Origin: Balanoglossus misakiensis
Taxonomy: Eukaryota > Animalia > Hemichordata
DNA: 64,000 nt
Direction of reading: 5' to 3'
Assembly: GCA_040954595.2 (NCBI GenBank)
Contig: CM082595.2
Location: forward strand, 248,001-312,000
In this document: positions 41,018 through 53,889 of the stretch, piece by piece
Numbering within the stretch: position 1 is the first letter of the stretch
Layout: every line of letters starts with the position of its first letter
The notes under the pieces: model-generated
What the model was told of the DNA's origin: nothing
What the model saw: the letters and a program-made list of their open reading frames with translations, nothing else
Databases searched by the model: none
Position numbers and translations under genes: made by a program

Positions 41018-43776
41018 ATGGCGTCGCCAATGCGAAAGACCAGACCAAAGTCCGCTGCTAAGCGAACGAACGATTTCTTCAATCTTCTACGAGAACTGCA
41101 ACTGGATGAGTTTTACTACGCCTTGGCGGAAAATGCTGGTGTGCGTAACCTGTCGGGTATATGTGACGTCACGGACGAAGATCTCAGGTATGCTATACAT
41201 GTATTGTTGAAAATCAAACAGCCCCCCCCCCCCCCACAGATAAAGTGCACACTATTTCATCCACTACTATAACCTTGTTAACGTTCCTACATGCAGAAAA
41301 AAAGTGAAGATGAAAGACGCTGATATTCACATCTTGCGGGAGCGTTACCGAAAAGAGTTTCCTGGAGCGTCGAAGAAAAAGAAATCAGCAGAATTGGGAC
41401 GATCAAAGTCTGGTATTTTGGACATTTTCAAGGTAGGTTGTAACAGTTTTGAGATGGCTATTGACGAGTTAGCTTAGTTACAGAATACAAGTAATGTAAG
41501 GTTTATTTTTATTTGTTTTTAGTTAGTTTGTTTGTTTGTTACAGCTATTTGTTCTCTGTTTAATGTTACAGCATAAGAATCCAACCCAAAGCAAATCTAC
41601 CAGAGTAAAGAGTGAACCAAGGAAAAAGACATATGCATCGACGGTTTGGTACGACGACACCGATATTCAGAAGATGAAGCAGTTTAGATCAAAAAGCGTT
41701 CCCGAAAACGTGTTTCATCATTCAACACTGAATATCTCAAAATCGACCAGTAACTTCCGAATTTATGGGAGAGAAAAGGTTTCCCTTGAATGTACCACCA
41801 CGGGTGTCCAGTATGACTATGGCGATGACGAGGTCTTTAGTAATGAATCTGACGACAACCACAAAGAGAAGGCTGAGCTGCCTAGTGATGGAAGGAAAGC
41901 CAAATCTTTGAGTCGAAAATTTACAAAACGATCGACAAAAACAAGTACAAGTCTGTCGGTATCGATGCAGCAGACCTCAGCCAGCGCACCTACTGGGCGT
42001 GGCAACTGTCGACCGAGGAAAGAAGTGAAGAAGTCCAACAGGCCAAGTCATTCTCAAATCCCAAGAGGTGTCCACAGCGGACAACACAAGCAAAGTCAAC
42101 ACCAGTCTCAACACATAGTTGTCGTGAGTACAGGTAAAAGAATCAATGTCTCCGGCAATTTTCAAACCACCACCACAAAGACAGCGGCACCCCCTCCAGT
42201 GCCAGAGAAGGAAAAGAAACAGCATCAAGGGAATTTCTCGCCAGATGCGACATCTGATCACCTTGATTATGAAAAGATGAACACAACAGGTGTTTTTGAA
42301 GGGATTCTACCACCGGGCATGAAGACTGGTGTCAGCGGCAGTGAGCTTGAATATGAAGCAATGAGTCTCTCTGGTCGATATGAAAATCTGGATGCCAAAT
42401 CAACGGCCTTACAACCTGACCACCTCGTCGAGGACTTATTGGAGGGCAGACATGGGTATGATGAGAAAATGCCAAAAACTGAACACAGAATCTCTCAGAG
42501 TTTGCCCGACCTCATAGATACATCAGCGACAGAACAAGAGAGAAGTACATTGAGACAGGCATCATCGGAAGAAATACAAACCCAGGAATGTACTATCGTT
42601 AGGAAGTATGAAAATATACCAAAGGAAGTTGAGCCAGAGGATATCGGATTGTCTGAAGTACAGAAACACGATTATGAAAATATGTCAATTGGAGAGGATC
42701 ATTCAGAGAAAAGTTCTGAAAGCAGTATTGCTGTAGAGTATGAAGGTATGTACCAACGACATGGCTATGAAAACCTACATTCGGCAATGGAAACTCCAGG
42801 AGATGAAGACGCGGATACATTGGGACACAGAGGAGAGTCATCCAACGGTCAAACAGATCATGACTATGAAAATATGCCGTCAGCACAAACTGACATTGAC
42901 CAGAAATGCTCCCAAGTTAACAACGATGATGATGAGGAGGAGGATGGGTGGCCGAAGCATGACTATGAAAACTTGTCTAACACAAGATTGAGCAAAACGC
43001 TGCCCACAACAAGCAACGAAGAGTACAGACTCCATCTGGGTTACCTGTGTCCAGCGGGTGAAATCGGTTCTGATGATTCTGATTACAGTGATGTCTCTGA
43101 TGCCGAAGGAGAAGTGATAGAGGAACCCCCACGTGTTAACAATACCCTGTATGTTGGTTCCGGCTGGGAGACCGGTATGTTCCCTCGGCCAAAGTGGTGC
43201 AAAATGAAGTGTAGGCATCCTAAGAATCAAATAGACAAACAGAAACTTGAGAATCAGATTGCAACAAAAGCTGTCATTTCTCGGAACAGTGTTGCTTCTG
43301 GTAGCACAGACTACAGTTACACAACCGATGAAGATCTGAAAAGCCATGACTACATTAATATAGATGCAATGAGTTCAGAGGAAACAGAAGACCATTGTGG
43401 AGGCCAATTCAGACCACCTTATGAAAACACGAAAGAATCAATGGAAGTGTGTTCTTCGCACACTTCTCCTGAATTGAAGGACAGCGATTCGTACAAGAAA
43501 GACGCCAAAATGAGCCACAGTTACGAAAATATACCAGCAGAATGTAATGACTGCAGTACAAGTAATAAGCAAAGATATAAACTTCCTATCTCCCCAAGGA
43601 AAAAGAATTACAGGGAAAGTCCACCGATTGATATCACTGCATGTACAGGTGGGAAGACAGAGCAAGTGGGAGAGCGTCGAGTACAAGACAGTGCATCTGC
43701 AGGGTTGGTGCGAAGGAGTAGACCCATAGATGTAAGTCGACTTCAACAAAGACGTCGCAGAGAGACCAGTGAATAG
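41018..43776 (+). CDS. Uncharacterised protein: N-terminal SAM-like domain plus a long disordered tail with repeated YEN/YxxM tyrosine motifs
   Basis: Exons 41018-41187 (FFNLLRELQLDEFYYALAENAGVRNLSGICDVTDEDLR), 41297-41432 (KKVKMKDADIHILRERYRKE...LDIFK) and 41572-43776 (2.2-kb open frame) join in phase at GT-AG sites. The SAM assignment rests on visual resemblance to the ACK/TNK2 N-terminal SAM domain. Confidence 0.85.
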
Positions 43777-45021
43777 AAACTTGCATTGCCAATATATATT
43801 GGGTCTCAATTCACCAGGTTATTCCCAGATGTGGTCTACATATGGGGAGAAAAAAAGAAAAACTGCACAGTTATATTTAGCAGGCTATATTTCAATTTAA
43901 AAAAAAATTTCACTTCAAATCTATAAAAGCGTGAGTTTCATTTTTAATATAAGTGAAGAACTTTCGCATACACAAGAGTACTTTCTTAGGACCTAGGCCT
44001 TCATTGTACATAGTTTATATCAAAGATTACTGTTCAAATTAATTATCTACCTTCATTTTGTTTACAGAATATACTTTTGTTAAACCATGTAGAATATTTT
44101 AGCATTCGAGGTTGCATTGACATCATGGCCTTAAAATAGTCTATCGATGCTTTCGTTGCTACAATAAATTCTTGACATTACAAATAAAAACTCAGACAAC
44201 TGTTTTTCTTGCCTCATAACTACCCTACAACAAAAGAAAAACAATCCCTGACCTAAGTTTTCAATATAATGAATGACCCTTAGTATGACCTTTACTATTA
44301 AAGGGTCATAGGCATTGCCGGAGCGCCCGCACAGGACTGAATCAAGCAGAGTGGAAGCACTGCCGAAGAATTGCTGGTTGTTTTCGTCAGGATTGGCCGA
44401 ATTGAGGTGTGTCATGGTCAATTCGTAGAAAAGATGGCACATGTGTCTCTGGTTTTATGGCGTTGTGGCCATGCATAGCTCAGAGCCCAGCCATGCACGC
44501 AGAGATAAAGCTCATTTAGTCATTATATACATAGTAAGTTTGTTCTGACAACGGCAGCAGAGCCAAAAGCCAGGCACAAGTGTGCGAGATGTACCGTCTG
44601 CTGTGGTTCTGGGATTGTCTGGCTAGGTGTAGAAACGCAGCTTTGCTGATTCGGTGTCTCGGTGGGGTCATTAGCCTCCACGTCACGAAACAGCTGCCAC
44701 CACTTCATCATAGCTGAGTTTCCATAGCCAGACAGCTGACATCGGCATCTGGCCTTGAGTACAGTCTGCCCTTTAACACATCAGGGCGACATCTACGACA
44801 ACTAGCATTGCCTGGCGCGTTACTTCATCACGAACGTGTATGATAAAACTGTATCGCTGGAACGGTTCGGGTGAAGTTATTAAAAGCCTTTATTTCTACA
44901 AAAGCAAAATAAAAGTATATTTTGTAATTCTGACTATTCTGAATCATCCATGCATGCTATTTGCAATTGCTTTCTTCCATGCAGTCTACGCCTATCACAC
45001 AAAGCATCATTTCCCGGTAGG

Positions 45022-46888
45022 ATGATGGCAGATAACACCATAGAGATGTTGGAAGTGACGGATGAGGATGATCCTACAGAAATGGCTGCCATTTTTACAG
45101 ATGGAGATGAGACAGTCAATCTTATAACTGAAGAGAATCTGCGGAAAAGAAAGTCTGACAATCAGGTCAACACAAGTGTGGAAGGTGCTGAAAAAACTGT
45201 GAAGTTGTTGGCAGAACGGAAAAGGGTAAAAAGGCGAATATGGAAGAACATAGTACTCTTGGGTACGGCCTTTATGATGAATTTTTCAGCTTACAATGGA
45301 TTGCAAGCCCTGCAGAGTAGTATCAATTGCATTGAAGGATTGGGATTTGCCTCGCTGATAACTGTGTACACATCCCTGATATTATCTGGTCTGCTCCTGC
45401 CAAGTGCTCTAATTCGCTTATTTGGAGTGAAGTGGACCATAGTCATCAGTATGTCATGCTATGTGGTGTATTCACTAGCCAATTTTCACCCACAGTGGTA
45501 CACTCTCATTCCGGCATCCATAATTGTTGGACTGGCTGCTGCGCCTCTGTGGACTTCAGAAAGCACGTACATCAGTACCAATGCTTATATCTTTGTGGAA
45601 CTAAGCGATTCAGAGACTCCAGACGGAGCGCTCAGCAAATTCTTTGGTACCTTTCTTGCTTTACACCATGCATCAGGAGTTGTCGGCAATCTGATTTCAG
45701 CGACTGTTTACAGACAGTTGCTCACACCAGATCAGAGTCACCATGTTGAATCTGGACTGGTGTACACATGTGGAGCTAGTGACTGCAGAGATACTGAAGG
45801 TAACACAACAACATATTGCAACCCACCACCTCAGAGCATCACAACAGTTATTATCTTCATTTATGTGGCCATTGGAGTTTCAGCCGTCCTGCTGGTGACT
45901 TTCCTGGTCGACAAGTTACCGCGAGAGAAAGAGAAAATCAGAGACGCTCCCGTTCTTGATGCTACCATAGCAACAGTTAAACTTTGGAAGAACCACAAGC
46001 TGTGGATGGTTGTTCCAATGATAATGTCTTGTGGAGTCCGTATGGGTGTGATAAGTGGGGACTTCAATGAGGTAAGGCTCAAAGTGTTCACCTGCAGAAA
46101 CGTCAGATTTAAGTCAGAATTTCTATTTATTTGTCAAATGGGATGATATTTGTGGTTTCTGTATTAGGCACACAGTATTTTTCACCAAGTAATCGATTTT
46201 TCTTTTATTCCAGTCATTTGTTTCATGTGGTATTGGTGTAGAGTACGTGGGTTACATTACAATGAGTACATCCATTGTAACTGTTCTGGTGGCGTTCATG
46301 TCTGGAAGAATAACTCCTTACATTGGAAGAGTATCCCAGATGACATTTGGCATGGTTGTTGACTTTTTCCTCATCACTGCGATGTTACTATGGAAACCAA
46401 ATGACCAAGTAGCCATATACTTCTTTATCGCCGCAGGTTGGGGTATAACTGATGCTCTCATCTATGTTCAAATACAATGTAAGTAGACCTTATTCTAAAC
46501 CTTATTCTACTGACAGAAACTTTATGTTCCTATGGACTTCCAGGGTTTATGTTTTATTCTACTTACTGGAATGTAGTAAAATATACTGAACTAATTGTAA
46601 AATAGAGATCACTGACATACATTAGCATAGGATCGTATAGCACCTTTAATCCATACACTTCTGTCTTGTTTTCCAGCTTTCCTTGGCGTCCTTTTCCCAG
46701 ATCATCTCCCTGCAGCTTTTGCCAACTTTATCCTCTGGAATGCATTTGGAGCAGCTGTATCATTTGCCATGAGTCTTGTGCTTTGTGTCTCAACAATTCT
46801 TTACATTTTGATTGTAATTCAACTGACAGCTCTTATACTGTATATCACTTTGGAATACATACATCACAAAAACAAAGAAACCATATAG
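45022..46888 (+). CDS. UNC-93 homolog A-like MFS membrane protein, copy 1
   Basis: Exons 45022-46071 (WKNIVLLGTAFMMNFSAYNGLQALQSSIN...ANFHPQWYTLIPASIIVGLAAAPLWTSESTYI...CGASDC), 46214-46478 (SFVSCGIGVEYVGY...AAGWGITDA), 46677-46888 (AAFANFILWNAFG). Confidence 0.92.
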
Positions 46889-46974
46889 ATCATTTTGCTG
46901 GGTGTACCATATGTGTAGACTGCAAATAAAGGACATAGTGTCTGTATACTACCCGTGTGTACAGTGTATTTCCG

Positions 46975-47480
46975 CAACCCGGGCTGTGATGCATGATAGG
47001 AGAGTCGCCCCCGGTGAATGCTCCCAGGACAAAGGTCACGTAAGGTCACAGCTCACGTATCATTCACAGGAACTTGATTACCGGAAGCGTGTGTATCATA
47101 GCGAGTTTATCGATATATAGGTATATACCTGACTTGTAGAATGGAGCATTTCCGGTGAGGGATTAGCAGATTATAAATTTTGCTCATAGTTTTGCGGAGG
47201 TGCGGCCCCCGGGTGCGGCCGTGTCGTCTGAACGCGATCATATTGGCTAATGTTCATTTCTAAAGCCTTGACTGGGTTCTTATATATACACATGTGGAAG
47301 AACGACTTCAAATAGCCCGTACAATGTATTAATACGTGGCAGTGATGAGAGTATTGTATAGCGATGTCTGTCTACCGTGTAGCTTGGTGAATTTGCGTTT
47401 ACATGATTGGATATGGATCACGCTGGATTTGTAATAGTCGCCCGGGGGTGTTACACCTATAGCAAAATGCGCACCCGGGC
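46975..47480. mobile_element. Possible old MITE between the two UNC-93A-like genes
   Basis: Degenerate inverted ends: CCCGGG...ATAGG...CCCCCGG (about 46978-47015) versus CCGGGGG...CCTAT...CCCGGG (about 47442-47479). No ORF. Confidence 0.3.
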
Positions 47481-47573
47481 CACTTTTTCACCTAACTTCC
47501 TAAACATACGTACACGTACATACATTTACATTGTACGTACATAATTATGTCAATTATCTTCTTTGCACAAAGG

Positions 47574-49562
47574 ATGATATCGGATAACTCAAAACTGATG
47601 TCTGAAATGACAGATGATGACGATGACGACACTTCTCAAGGTATGGAAATGGCGGTGTTTTCCGCTGAAGAGGAGAAAGCAAATCTACTTTCGGAAGACA
47701 GAAGTGATGAAGACAGTAAAACTACCGTAGATACATTGCTGAAGCAAAAGAAAGCGAAAAGGCGAATATGGAAGAACATACTCGTCCTCTGTGTAGCTTT
47801 TATGATCAATTTTTCTTCCTACGGTGGCCTCCACGCTCTGCAGAGCAGTATTAATTGTACTCAGGGTTTAGGGTTTGCATCTCTGTTGACAATATATGCA
47901 TCAATCATTTTATCAGGGTTATTATTGCCCAGTGCAATAATTCGTTTATTAGGGGTCAAGTGGACTATTGTTACCTGTATGTCGTGTTATATAGCCTATC
48001 CGATGGCCAATTTCTACCCAGATTGGTACACAATCATCCCGGCATCAGTAGTGATAGGTCTGGCTGCTGCACCACTGTGGACTTCTGAAAGCACGTACAT
48101 CAGTACCAGCGGTTACATCTTTGCTGACATTGGCCAGTCAGGAACGATCGATGGCGTGCTAGGTAAATTCTTCGGTATTTCCGCGTCCATAATTCACATG
48201 CATGGGGTTGTTGGCAACTTCATCTCAGCAACTGTGTACAGACATTTACTGACCCCTGACCAGCGCCACCACGAGGAGTCCGGGATCATATACACCTGTG
48301 GAGCCAGTGACTGCAGAGACAGAAAGGGTAACACTACAACATATTGCCACCCACCACCGCAAAGCATCACCAATGTCATTGTTTTTATATACGCAGCTTT
48401 TTGCGTGATAGCGGTCTTGATGATAGTTTTTCTACTCGACAAATTACCAGGCGATAAAGAAAAAAATAAAGGCACCCCTGTTCTTGGTACAACGTTAGCA
48501 ACAGTTCGATTATGGAAGGATTCTCGTCTGTGGATGCTTGCACCTATTGTACTCTCTGGTGGGGTCCGTATGGGTGTCCTAAGCGGCGATTTCAGTCAGG
48601 TGATAATGCAAAACATTTCCCAAACAAATCAATATTGAACGAGCCATATCTATCAGCTTGTAATATGCACACAGAGTATGTTTGATCAGTAATTCACAAA
48701 CCCTTTTTTCTGTAGTTGTTTGTATAGTTGAATGCTTTGATTGTTTGGTTCCGTAATTATTCTTTGGAATGTTTCACAAGGAATTGTAATTAATGATAAT
48801 GTTTTTTTCTTTTTTTTCCAGTCTTATGTATCTTGTGGAATTGGTGTGGAGTATGTTGGCTACGTTATACTGAGCACATCCATTGTACAGGTTGTCGCGT
48901 CATTTCCATCTGGAGTCCTGACAAAATATATTGGAAGGCTTTCTCAAATGGTATTCGGCGTGACTGTTGACATTGCTCTTATCATCATTATGTTACTATG
49001 GAAACCAGACAAGAGTGTGGCAGTGTATTTCTTGGTAGCTGCTGCCTGGGGAATAACCGATGTTGTCATTGTCGTGCAAGTAAGAGGTGGGTGAATCAGT
49101 TGTCCTTGGGGTGTGGGGGATAACAGGTGATCTGATTGGGGTAGAAATAGGCGGAGGGTGGTCATGTGTAGTCATCTTAATTTCATTTTAACAGACACGC
49201 CTCGAAGAAAAATATTAAATGAACATTCTTTGCATGATTCTGCGAGACGAGGGACATTCTTGTACACATAGCCCTCACCTTTAGAGTTTCTAAATGGCAC
49301 ATCTCTGTGTAACATAAGACGTGGCTTTCTTTCAGCTTTTATTGCTGTGCTGTTTCCCAAGAAACTTCAAGAAGGTTTTGCAAATTATCATCTCTTCAGT
49401 GCGGTGGGAGCTGTTTTGTCATTTTCGATGAGTTTATTGTTCTGTGTTTCTACAAAACTCTACATCTTGATTTCAATTCAATTAGTTGCACTTATTTTAT
49501 ATACCATTCTGGAATACATGAATTACAAACCCAAGGTCATCCGGGGACCGCTCAAAGACTGA
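47574..49562 (+). CDS. UNC-93 homolog A-like MFS membrane protein, copy 2
   Basis: Exons 47574-48599, 48822-49086 and 49336-49562. Same motifs and same two intron positions as copy 1. Confidence 0.92.
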
Positions 49563-50160
49563 AGCAACACTTCTTGTCATTAGTATTGTTATTGTTATAA
49601 GGACATGTTCATTTGCTCTGAGAATGAAATCTTCACACAGATGCTGGCAACAAAATAACGACAATCATGATTTACTTTACTGTCTAGAGTTTGATGCAGA
49701 TTCACGTTCTCTCTGGGCACTTTTTATATCATATCATCCTACTTTGAAACAAGCTTCGGCACTTTGCATTGCACCAAACAACTTTTCATATACCTATTCA
49801 GAAAACAATGGAAAATAAATACGGTACGCATAGACTTTGCACAACTATGTGACCTAAATCTATCTCTTATACGGTGGTCAGACCTTTCAGTGATAGAATG
49901 GTAGATAAACATTTAACACGAACACGGACCAATTCGTCAAAAAACTAGTTCCATTCTGCTTAAAATGAATATGCATCGGGTCTGCCCTTTGGCCAATGTT
50001 AGTTCTCACGTGACCATCCAAACGAGCAGCGACTGGCCACATCTGTCCGCGTAAAGTTGTATTGCAAGTTACAACTTAACACTGTAATTCGGTGGTCTAG
50101 CTTGACGTCAAGCCATTCGCTCGAACTTGAATTTTAAGAACCATACCATCCCCGTCAACG

Positions 50161-51472
50161 ATGGAATACCGTAGAAAGGAATATTCTCCGCCAATCGTGC
50201 AGCCGGTAAGATTTTATTTTCACAGTCCATTGGATGCGGGTTAGCAAGCAAATCGAAACTGTGCCAAGGTCCACAATTGTTGAATATAGAAGTCGGGGTG
50301 TTAAAGTGAAAATGAAAATATAATACTTAAATGTCCACCAAAGCCTCTGAGTTCCCCCGCATATTTCTTTTCGTCGCAGTTTTCTCACATTGTCAACAGT
50401 AGAATCCCACTGGACAGACAAGTATTAAACATCACCAATGTCATTGTGCAGGCCATAAAAGGAATATGGGGATTACAAATGACATCTTACTCGTGAACTT
50501 TGAACCAGGAAATAAAATTGTCAACAATTCTATAATTGCAGCTATAATCAATGCATTAGGTTTCAGACATTTTTACGCATTACTTTAATATCAAAATGTG
50601 GAATTTTGACAACCCCACCGAAAGTACCAGGATGTGTGGTCATATATAGGGATCATGAAAGTGACCTATTAGAATCACAGAGCATTCGCGTTTGTATTTT
50701 CACGAGGATAATAAAAATGTAACTAATTATACATTTTCAGAGAATGGCACGTACAAGGAATATGCATATTTTAATTCCATTAATTAACCTTCTATTGAGT
50801 TGTTGGTGTATATGTTATCCTTCTTTCATTTTGCGCATGTCTGCAGATGATGCCATGTTCTTCAAAGATTCCTAGTGGAATGTATGCTGGCAAGGAGATC
50901 TTCATTACAGGTTCTGTCACTCCTAATCCTGATAGGTAAGAGTCTGTCGGAGATTGTGTAGCAGACTCCATACATGGATAGGGCTGTATTCACACACAAT
51001 AGAGATACGTGTACTGTCAGTGACTGCATCACAGTTACAGTCTTATACTAAACTTACTCTTTTTGATGCAGGTCTTTCCATACAGTTGTGACATGTCCTT
51101 TTATACTTCGGCTTTAAAATTTGTTTAAAACTAATTATATGTATTTTTTTATTCAGATTCCATGTAAACTTCACAACAGGAGTTCAAGGAAATGAAAGTA
51201 TTGCATTCCATTTTAATCCAAGATTTTCTAAAAGGGTAATTGTGTGCAACACCAAACGAGGCGATACATGGGGCTCGGAAGAATTTGCTCCCCGCTTCCC
51301 GTTTTCGCCAGGCTCCAACTTTGAAATTGTCTTCCGCTGTGAGCAAGATTGTTTCCAAGTTACTGTGAATGGTGCATATCTGTTACGGTACCGTCATCGC
51401 ATCGACTACAAGAATATCACATCCATCACAGTTCAAGGTGCATGTCACGTGTCAGAAATCCGCTTCGAGTAA
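50161..51472 (+). CDS. Galectin (single carbohydrate-recognition domain), copy 1
   Basis: Exons 50161-50205 (MEYRRKEYSPPIVQP), 50847-50935 (MMPCSSKIPSGMYAGKEIFITGSVTPNPDR), 51157-51472 (FHVNF...IAFHFNPRF...IVCNTKRGDTWGSEEF...FQVTVNG...YRHRI). Confidence 0.9.
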
Positions 51473-52770
51473 AGACGATGTACCACCACTTGACCACTTA
51501 ATAGTAATGCTATCGATGGGTTTATAATCACAAGTTTACATGATGAAGAAAAAACTGTCTTAACCCACTTCCAAAATCTGTGTTTCTGTGCCAATGTTTC
51601 TGTATTGGGTAAATATTTTCATTTCGAAAAATACCAGGCCACGTCTGTTAATTCTACCATGACCCTTAGTGATAGGTTTGCGTTTTTAAAGATTATCAAA
51701 GTTTTCATGGATCTGACCATTCTCAGTAAATCTGTGTGCTGTATGGAAAGTATTAATGTTGGCTTATTAGACAATCTTGTCACTTTTTGTGAATAGACCT
51801 TCCTGACATGTGTAATTCCATGCATATGTTTGGTAATAAACGGGACAATTACATTTTCCAAATGGAACTTGGAGATTTCTTTCTTGCAACACGTACGCAA
51901 AGTGGGTCTACAACTGTGTTGACAACTTGAAAAAAATCTATGATGAGCATGGACTCACGCACACTTCAATAACATCTAGCGGTTAGCATGTTCGTCTTTT
52001 TAGTTACTTCGTTAACCATCGTACCCAGTTAAAAAATCAGTCGGCTACGCGACCATCGATGTCTCTGATTGTCACATAATTTCCACAAATGAAATTCATT
52101 CGTGGGGGGTCATCCCAGCTCTATGTTGAGATTCCTGGAATTCTTGAAGTAGCCGATTCTGAGAATTCTACTCACAAAGCAATGTCAACACCCGGAAGTG
52201 AAAGACGCAAGCACCTTCTATGTTTAAACCATGATTGTAGCGTAAATGGCCCCTTCGTTAGTGTGCAATCAAATGCGATCGGACTACTATTACGAGAAAA
52301 CAAAGAAATCCAAAAAATATTCTGTATAGGCCTAAAACCTCGCATCCTTCAGTTTGACGCTTGTGACGGAGAATCATGGGAACTCAGTACTTCTAGCATA
52401 TTTTACATATATGTGTTTTGCATTAATATATAATCTATATATCTAGATGGACTTTGGCTTTTTGCGACCAGCATATAGGCGGTTAGGCCTACACAATATT
52501 CATTCGCAAAGTAGTTTTGACAAGCCAGTGTAAATAAGAATAATTTCTCCCTCGATAATAAAATAACAGAAACCATTTAAAGTGGGTACGAATCAATTCA
52601 AAAGTAAATCAGCCAGGTAGATTCTATTAAAATTATAATACTATCTTCAGTGCTTATATCTTTATGGCGGAATAATATGCAGGGTGAGGTGTCCTCACAC
52701 GACCCCTTCGAATACCTACACACCCGGCACTGCACACCTATACAACCGGAGATTCGGTGAGCTGAGCATC

Positions 52771-53889
52771 ATGGGTCTGGGAGGTGATGCCATCGCAAGT
52801 CTCATTTCTTTCATTTGCGATAAGCTATGGCACTCACGGTCAACTGAGCGAAGTTATTTTAACCCGGTAAGATTTTAATTTTGAAGGCAGGTCGCGCCGC
52901 GGTCTTTAACCTTCAAGCGACCACCAAGAAACCGCAGTTGCGAGGTCTTGTTGGAAGTGTACACACATATCTCCAGCCCTATATCACTCAACTATGCATT
53001 TTCCGGGGTATGATCACCCACTCAGTGTGTGAGGCAAATGTTAAAATGGAAGTGAAACTACTACATTTTATGAGATAATATACAAGGTCCGTTATCCGTT
53101 TAAAGTTACTTGTTTCTCAATTTCATTGTATTTGCACAGATGATGCCATTTTCCACGGGTATTCCTGATGGAATGAATCCTGGGACGGAAATCTTTATTA
53201 ATGGTTCCGTCAATCCCAATCCTGCTCGGTGAGATTCCTTTAAAATAACATTTGGAATTGAGGCGTTCGGTGAAGGAAAGACACCTTCTTGTAAACAATA
53301 AGCAATAGGTAATGTCAGGTGTATCGAAAAGAGTAAACTATCCTGCCCCACATATGATGCACCCACTATGCATTAATCTCTGAGTCAAAACAGGGAGCCG
53401 TCACGTGACACTCTCAAAACAAGAATATGTATATTGCATTATAGAAATACATTTTCATATACAGAAATGTATGTCATAATTACACCATCATTTGTTTGGT
53501 ACGGAAACTAATACAATGCATTATATTTATTCAGATTCCACGTGAACTTGACAACAGGAGTTCAAGGAAATGCAGATATTGCGTTCCACTTTAATCCACG
53601 ATTTGCCGCCGCAAATCTGCCACATCGGGTCATCGTCTTAAATACTAAAAAGGGGGATAAGTGGGGACCTCAAGAATATGCTCCACACTTCCCGTTTATG
53701 CCAAATACCAACTTTCAAATCGCCATCCTTTGTCAACAAGATTGCTTCCAAGTTGCTGTGAATGGTGCATTTCTGTCGCGGTACCGTCATCGCATACCAT
53801 ACCGTGACATCACTTCCATGACGGTCCAAGGTGATTGTCATATCACCGAAATTCGTTTCAAGAACTTTTCTGCAAAGAGTAAGATTTAA
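52771..53889 (+). CDS. Galectin (single carbohydrate-recognition domain), copy 2
   Basis: Exons 52771-52866 (start uncertain; ends SYFNP with donor GTAAGATTTTA as in copy 1), 53140-53228, 53535-53889 (DIAFHFNPRF...IVLNTKKGDKWGPQEY...FQVAVNG...YRHRI). Confidence 0.88.
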
